NCBI GenBank assembly: GCA_964019425.1
Contig: OZ025792.1
Span: 248,001-312,000 of the forward strand
Direction: 5' to 3'
Length of the DNA stretch: 64,000 nt
From: Flectonema sp. DT1601
Taxonomy: Eukaryota
This document shows, in pieces, positions 57,411 through 64,000 of this stretch (positions within the stretch are counted from its first letter, which is position 1; every line of letters begins with the position of its first letter). Made by a program: the position numbers and the translations under genes. The notes beneath the pieces are model-generated. The model saw only the letters and a program-made list of their open reading frames with translations. It had not been told where the DNA came from and searched no databases.

Positions 57411-59285
57411 TCACTTTCTCTGAACGGTGTAGTAATATGGGCACTTGAGGAGTGGTATGAATGGGAACCCACCCTGTTCGATACGGAAAGCACACGGTGT
57501 TCCAAGACCACGGATCATCTGGTGGTGTGAATCATTTAATACAACGTGGTCAAATGAAAAAGTCTTCGTCCACAAGAATCGAGACTGGAGCGACTGATCG
57601 GCTGGATCGATTGTAAAGTCTGTAGCTGCCAAGAATCCATCATCTGCTACGAGGTCCCAGGCCTTGTTGATTGCCTTCTTCCAGTCTGGAATCATTGTGA
57701 ATACGTAACTACTAATCACAACATCAAACTTCCTTTCCGGTTGGTATTCAGTGGCATCTCCTTGAATGAATTTAACATTAGTCCATCCGTACTTCTTTGC
57801 TCTCAGTTCCGCCTGCTTGAGAAGTGGAGTGCACAAGTCTAAGACGACGACTTCTTCCATATTTGGAACTAAGTCTCTGATGTACTCAAGAACATCACCA
57901 GTACCTCCACCGAATAACAACACACTCTTTGGGTTAGTTACCCACGGAATAGCCCACATGAGAGATCTCTTACCGTGAAGCATACCTGCACGGTAGGCGT
58001 CGTAGTCAGCTGCTTGACGTTCGTAGAAGGAGTCCAAGAACGCCTCGTGATTTCTTGAGAGCATCGTAGTAACAGGAGCAGCAGCCATTCTCGCGAAAGT
58101 CTTCAAAGAAGTAAACAGCGACTGGTTACCCCAGTTCGGTTCCTGAAGGAGGACTGGTGCCTCCGAAAGCTTCGGTAATTCAGCGCAAAAAAGTCCATTG
58201 TACATTCCAACACGGTCAGTGTAATCGTTAACAGTCTTGCGACCGATGGTTCCGTTAACGTGGAATTTCAAGTGGGAAAGACATCCAAAAGGAATAGTAC
58301 CAAAACTTCTCCATCCGACAAGAGCGCCATTTGGGTCACCAACCTTACAAAGTGCTCTCCAAGAACCAACTATCTGTTCCTCAGTAAGCCAGTCTTGATG
58401 GTCCAATAAAACAAATCGAGTGTAGTTCTTACGAGCTTCATCACTCTGAATACCTTCACTCAACATTGCAGTAATAATACGAACTCTATGAGCACGCTCT
58501 TTAGCTAACGGGAAGAATTCAGGCTTCAGGTATCTTGGACAGCAATCCTTTGTCCACTTACCAAGTAAGTAACTGGCGTAAAAGTAGTTATCAGAAAAGA
58601 GAAGTGTCTGTTGGCAGATGAAGTCGAGAAGTTCAGGGAGAAGCATGTGTTTGTTATCATAAAGAGTATATTGTCTCATAGGAACTCCAACGAATCCAAT
58701 AAGTCCGTTCATTCCAGTCTGACCAAGACGAGCAGCACGTTGAACTGAAGTACGGTACTTGGCGTAGATCAAACGCTGTTCTTCAATGGTTGGGTTTTTC
58801 ATTTTTTGGAACTCCCTCAACATGTCTCCGCATCCCAGCAATTCCAGGCATCCGATGGCCGCATAGGCAGCGAATTTTACAGAACCAGAAATGTGCCAGT
58901 TTCTCATACGGTGTTGGTTACAGTCCCACCATTGAGCAGATCTCAGTTGAAGATGCTTCTTTAATCGAGGAAACACTGACAGGAAGAGTTCGTAATTCTG
59001 CTCTCCCAAAATGGCAAAGCATTCATCGTAGTCAAGCTCCTTAACACATGCCAGCTTCATATCGACGAGGTAGTTTTGATGTTCATTCATGTCGTAAGTA
59101 TCTATGTACTCTGGATCTTCTAGAAGGTAGTCGATAACGTTATCTCCACCAGTTGTTAACATGCAAATACGGTCTCCCTTACCAATCTTGAAGTGCTTGA
59201 TATCCACACGCGGGTCCTCCCAGCTTTGGTTATAAATCCAAGTGTGGTCCATTGCGACTTTCATAGTTCCATTTACCTTGACCAT
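57411..59285 (-). CDS. BTA1: Betaine lipid (DGTS) synthase, fused BtaA (DUF3419) and BtaB (SAM methyltransferase) domains
   Basis: BtaA-like motifs: IYNQSWEDPRVD, TTGGDN, NYFY, CCPRYL, LDHQDW, DRVGMY. BtaB-like motifs: FYERQAADYDAYR..MLHG, GGGTG, GDAT, SYVFTMIPDW, TDF, PYY. Confidence 0.9.
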   Translation of the reverse strand: MVKVNGTMKVAMDHTWIYNQSWEDPRVDIKHFKIGKGDRICMLTTGGDNVIDYLLEDPEYIDTYDMNEHQNYLVDMKLACVKELDYDECFAILGEQNYELFLSVFPRLKKHLQLRSAQWWDCNQHRMRNWHISGSVKFAAYAAIGCLELLGCGDMLREFQKMKNPTIEEQRLIYAKYRTSVQRAARLGQTGMNGLIGFVGVPMRQYTLYDNKHMLLPELLDFICQQTLLFSDNYFYASYLLGKWTKDCCPRYLKPEFFPLAKERAHRVRIITAMLSEGIQSDEARKNYTRFVLLDHQDWLTEEQIVGSWRALCKVGDPNGALVGWRSFGTIPFGCLSHLKFHVNGTIGRKTVNDYTDRVGMYNGLFCAELPKLSEAPVLLQEPNWGNQSLFTSLKTFARMAAAPVTTMLSRNHEAFLDSFYERQAADYDAYRAGMLHGKRSLMWAIPWVTNPKSVLLFGGGTGDVLEYIRDLVPNMEEVVVLDLCTPLLKQAELRAKKYGWTNVKFIQGDATEYQPERKFDVVISSYVFTMIPDWKKAINKAWDLVADDGFLAATDFTIDPADQSLQSRFLWTKTFSFDHVVLNDSHHQMIRGLGTPCAFRIEQGGFPFIPLLKCPYYYTVQRK

Positions 59286-62200
59286 TGTTTAGATTTTGTT
59301 TTGAAATATAAAAACTGGTTTGGGAGAGGTAAAGTGTTGTCAGGATTACAGTTGAGACGAAATTAAAATAATAACTCTGCACTACTACTACTACCATCCC
59401 CAATAAGCTGATCGGAGGTAAAAAAAAAATAATAATAATTTCAAGTCTGTTGGTCATATTATTCCTAAAGTGATAGCACTCTCGTAACCAAAAAATGCGA
59501 TTATTCGTATGTTTTTTTTTTTTTTTTTTTTTTTGAGTGGGGAAAGATTTTCTTTTTTTACGAGGGATGGGAACCTAAATCAAGCCGGAGCATAATTGGC
59601 AATATGATTCAAGTTGTTCACCAATACACCTACATGACTGATTCAGAGGAAAGAGAAAAAAAAAAAAGAAGTTTGTTTTTCATAAGAGAGGCTTTAGTGA
59701 ACAGCAGTAGCGTTAACATAAAGACGGAATAAAATAAATAATCTTTTCAACAAATCCTCAAAACAAAAACTACAACATCAGAGAGGACGACTTAGAAGAA
59801 GAAGAAGAAGAGAAGAAGAAAAAGAAAATGTAAGTTTTCAGATGTTAGCAGCGCGAACATATTCGCATGCCGGGCGGTGATGTTTTTTTTTTTTTTTTTT
59901 TTTTTTTCTACGTATAATTAGAAGAGGGTGAAAAAAAACAGAGAGGGGGAAAAAGAAGCGTGATAATGTAACACCAAGACCTGTTTAGCCAATCATTTCC
60001 TTCCGATAATTGTTTAGATCTTTGAAGCTTTGTTGTCAGTCTGAATAAGTTTGATTCAAAAAAATAAAAATATAAAAAAAAGTAAAGCTGTCTCGATGGT
60101 TCCAAAGTTCACGCCAGACTTACCCGAACTTAACAAGAAACACTACTGTGCGACAGAACCGAATCGCTGGTAAGAAAATTCTGGTTTTAAAAAATACTGT
60201 TTAAGTTTAACTACCCGTTTTAACAAACATAATAAAGAAATTGATATCAAACTTTGAAATGACATATGGGAAGTTACTTAATCGGGTTTTTGAGTTTTTT
60301 TTTTTCCAAATTACGGTGTGCAATAAAAAAAAAGAGAAAATAATCAGTCATGATGCCCTTAGTAGGCCTACATAATAATACTAATTCGATTAGAGTAGCG
60401 TTTCAATAATAATATTTAAAAAAAAGGGGTGCAGAACACGCCACTCTCGGATCCGAAAAAAAGTTTTTTTTAATCAGAAATTCACTGTGATACATTTTCT
60501 TTTCTTTTTTTTTTTAAAGAAGGAAATACAAAAAACACTCAGAAAAGGAGAAATTCTCCATATGTGGGTGACGTTGCTGAAAAGTGAAAAAAAAACTGTC
60601 ACTTAGATGAGAGTTGCCAGTCGATTTTAATGTTTTGTTTGTGCACGAAACCGTGAACCGACTTAAACTAATAAAGCTAAAGGAGGTTTACGTGTACTGC
60701 TAACATTCTTTTTTATCGTTCTTACAATACTTGTGGTTAAATGCAAAAAAAAAAAAAAAAGCTTTACTTTGTGTTACTTTTATAATGCAGTGTCTAACTC
60801 TATCGAAGGTCGGCCCAATAATCGTCACTAATAACGGACAAAGGAAAATGCATAGCTTGAGTTGAATTAACTACAACACTCACACTAACTATCTTTTTTT
60901 TTTCACTTCGAAAAAAAGGAGGAGAACGTAGGATGATAAAGCTAATTAGTCAGGGAGCCCGACATACTGTCAATAATGTAAATCAGTCATCATTCCGAAA
61001 AAATGAAAAGACACAAAGGGCATATCACACTGGGAAGAATAATATTATGTTTTTTCTTTTTTTTTTTAAAGTTCAACAACGGGACTAAACATTCGTGAAC
61101 TTAAAATAATCCAAACTATTTCAAATAAACAACAACATCTTAAAGAAACTGAGCCCTCTTTTCAATTGTGTGAGCTGAAACAGAGCATCTCCACATAAGG
61201 TACTCAAATCCAATTGTTTAAGTGGGAATATAACTTGCGGCTTTCTTGTAGATATCAGATAAAATGGACGTGCCACGCTGGAAGAAAAGGTCAATTTGCT
61301 TGCAACGATTACTGCTGGTAGTGATTGAACCCTTTCATGGAGGGATTGCTTAATTTTTGAATGGGAGTGAATTCTTAACGTACAACACTCAAATAACACT
61401 TTATATTATGTCAATCAAAAAAAAAAGCTACCCTGTTTTTTCACTGAAAAAAAAAAAAAAAAGGAAACTACAAGTCCAAATGAAATAATTGTGATATTTA
61501 TATTGGGGGACATGTCTATTTACATGATGTAACATCGGGAATGAAAAAAAATAAAATAAAATAAAATAAACAGTTACCGCACAGTTACACGGGCGAAGAA
61601 TTATTACGGGTGGGGGGAGTAATGAGATTATTTACTAAAAACCTTTCAAAAAAAAAAAACGGATAAGCATAAATTAATAATACGGGTTAGAGCACTACTT
61701 GCATAAAAATATTAACGGAACATAACAACCAAAAGAAAAGCACGCTAAGACAAACTTCTACAGAACGCATGCTTTCGATTCTGGCTAAAAATGTCGATTA
61801 ATGTTTGGAAGTGAGGGAAATGTTCCCAAACAGGATAGTTTAATACACCAATTTAAGATAAGATAAGATGATGACATGCACACGAAAACACACAAAGGTT
61901 TTATTAGATAGAATAGAAGAGTAACAAACGAAGGGAAAGATTGATACGGTTCCCGGCAACTGTTCAATCCCAGAAATGCTATTATCGAGTACTACTATAT
62001 TAGGAGTATCCCCATGAGGTGGTACATTTGTTGATAACAACTCTTTCATAAACATGTGCAGTTACCATGACACAAGCTACAGGGTTATGATATAATTATA
62101 ATTTCTTTCAACATTGTTAGGGCAGTTAGTCAGTTAGAGAGGTACAACCTACGGGAACCTGTTAGCACAAGGTTTTAAATCTTCACTTCAGCCCCGTTGT

Positions 62201-62465
62201 AATAATCCCCTAACCACACAAACTAATCATTCGCTTCACGTTACAAGCAGCAGCAGAGTGGCACAATACTCAAAATAGGAGGGAATGTTGCCGACGAGTT
62301 TTACAAGAAAAGAAAGCTATCCAAGTTGTCCTACTACTAGAGTGTGATACTCAATGCGCTTTGATAGAAGCCAAATAAACTTTCGGATTAAGCAGCTGAT
62401 GCGGCAGTTCACACCGTCGAGTCTTGGCTCGCGGGTGTTATTCACATTTTGGGGCACGAATGACG

Positions 62466-62497
<32 letters not shown>

Positions 62498-63086
62498 ACA
62501 AAAATCTTCGTTCAGTAGGACTCTAAGGAGTCTGTTGTAAAAACGACACAACTTGTGCTATAAATAGTTTCTGATCACACGGATCAGAAACTACTTTTTT
62601 TTCGCACTACCCTCCCAAAACTCTGAGAACGCGTCACAATATTGGTTATATTTCTTTTTTAATTGGCAAGCTCACTTTGCACTCAGCAACCTTTTTATGT
62701 TGCCTGCTGATCTTTTCTATTCAGAAAAGTGAATGACTTATCATTTAATTGTAAACAACTAAACGTCCAATAAACAAACAAAATGACGACTGAGGAGCAG
62801 AAATCACACACAGTTTGAGTAAAAAGAAAACGCGGGGTTTAATTGCTACGACTAGCTATTGCTGTAAAAAAAATAAGAAAAGAAACAATAAAACAAGTAT
62901 CTCCGACAGTCGCAGAAAAAGCGGTTGACAGATACCGTCTTCTTCTAATCTCGTTTGCGGTGCAATAGCAAAGAAATTTACGAAGCGGCCTCTTCCAAAA
63001 AAAAAAAAAAAATAAAAATAATAGCGGGGGGAAACACTAACAGAGAGGTACGTAATAAAGTAGTTAGAATCCATAACAACGCTTTC

Positions 63087-63117
<31 letters not shown>

Positions 63118-64000
63118 ATCTGAAAAAAAATACCCAGTGACTAAACATACTTAACAAATGATCCAACCGCTCTACAAACGGAAGAACAATTAGTTCAGTT
63201 TTATTGGTCCATGCACAAAGTACAGGTGACCGCGGGGAATGACACTTGAGGTTGCCAAAGACCGCAGATGACCTTACAGCATGACAACAGCTATCATATA
63301 AAAAAAAAAAAAAAAAAAAAAACGACAGAAACAAGTACGAAAAAAGAACTTTACAAGAAACTAACAATAGTTGTTTCCATTAAGTTAGTCACACTGAAAC
63401 TGGGGGAGAGCAATACTCGTTAGTTGTAACATTCATTTGATAAATACAGAAAAAAACAATGTAGAAAAGAATATCAAAAAAGCGACAAGCACAGTAAACT
63501 AAATTCTATGCATGAAAAATAACATAATTATTTTGTGCGATGAAACTAATTATGAGTTTTTAAAAAGAAAATTAAAAACTAACGTATTACACTTTATGCC
63601 GAACATGAACCGAACATGAAACGGGCACGAAAGGAAATTACATTTTTTTTTGGGGGGGGAGAAACGTAAAGGAGGAAGGAGAAAGAAGAAAAAAAAAACA
63701 GACAAAAAAAAAAAAGTATTCCTTTAATTCCATTCAATCAAAACTACTGTAATTATTAATAGTTTTGCTAAACGTTTCAAAAAGTTTTTCTTTTTTTTCT
63801 TTCCCCCTTGAAGATAAGGACCTCTCCTTAAAACGGTTGTTCTTTTTGAAACCGAATTTTAACAATAATCGTAGTGTGAAAGAAGAGTTCCCTGAAGAAA
63901 AGAGGCGGGAAATCTTAAACACCTTCGAAAACCTTTAGACCCTAAAAAGACAATATACTTAGAATATACATAACGTTCATGATATCCCCCAAGCTGTAAG

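Noticed and set aside
61121..62055. Short minus-strand ORFs upstream of BTA1 (92, 71 and 60 aa)
   Set aside because: No motifs, no consistent splice path joining them, and composition like intergenic DNA.
745..63140. All plus-strand ORFs of 60-137 aa in the ORF track
   Set aside because: They are antisense shadows of minus-strand genes or translations of poly(A)/poly(T) tracts (poly-K, poly-F), with no recognisable motifs.
63599..63620. CCGAACATGAA tandem duplication
   Set aside because: A two-copy 11-mer consistent with ordinary slippage.

Overview
AT-rich eukaryotic genomic DNA, most likely from a euglenozoan and probably a diplonemid. This is inferred from BILBO1 and VSP1 homologues, a kinetoplastid-like one-strand gene cluster, and many GT-AG cis introns. 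About 20 protein-coding genes lie head-to-tail on the minus strand. In window order they are: Clp1; two hypothetical proteins; a CE2-like SGNH esterase; C9orf85; an RNase D exonuclease with 5 CCHC knuckles; two paralogous secreted F-type-lectin-like proteins; a cold-shock-domain protein; kinesin-3; a membrane PAS/pseudo-histidine-kinase/pseudo-receiver/MAP3K fusion; BILBO1; a WW plus acidic-repeat protein; EF-hand pyrophosphatase VSP1; a beta-propeller receptor-like kinase; two sirtuins; SOL/calpain-15; a DEAD-box helicase; and a betaine lipid synthase with apparently inverted domain order. I traced 24 introns by hand: 23 are 61-82 nt and one is 382 nt. They have a U/G-rich 5' half and an A/C-rich 3' end (..AAACAG) with no polypyrimidine tract. 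Gene models are manual and untested against transcripts. No rRNA, tRNA or CRISPR array was recognised.
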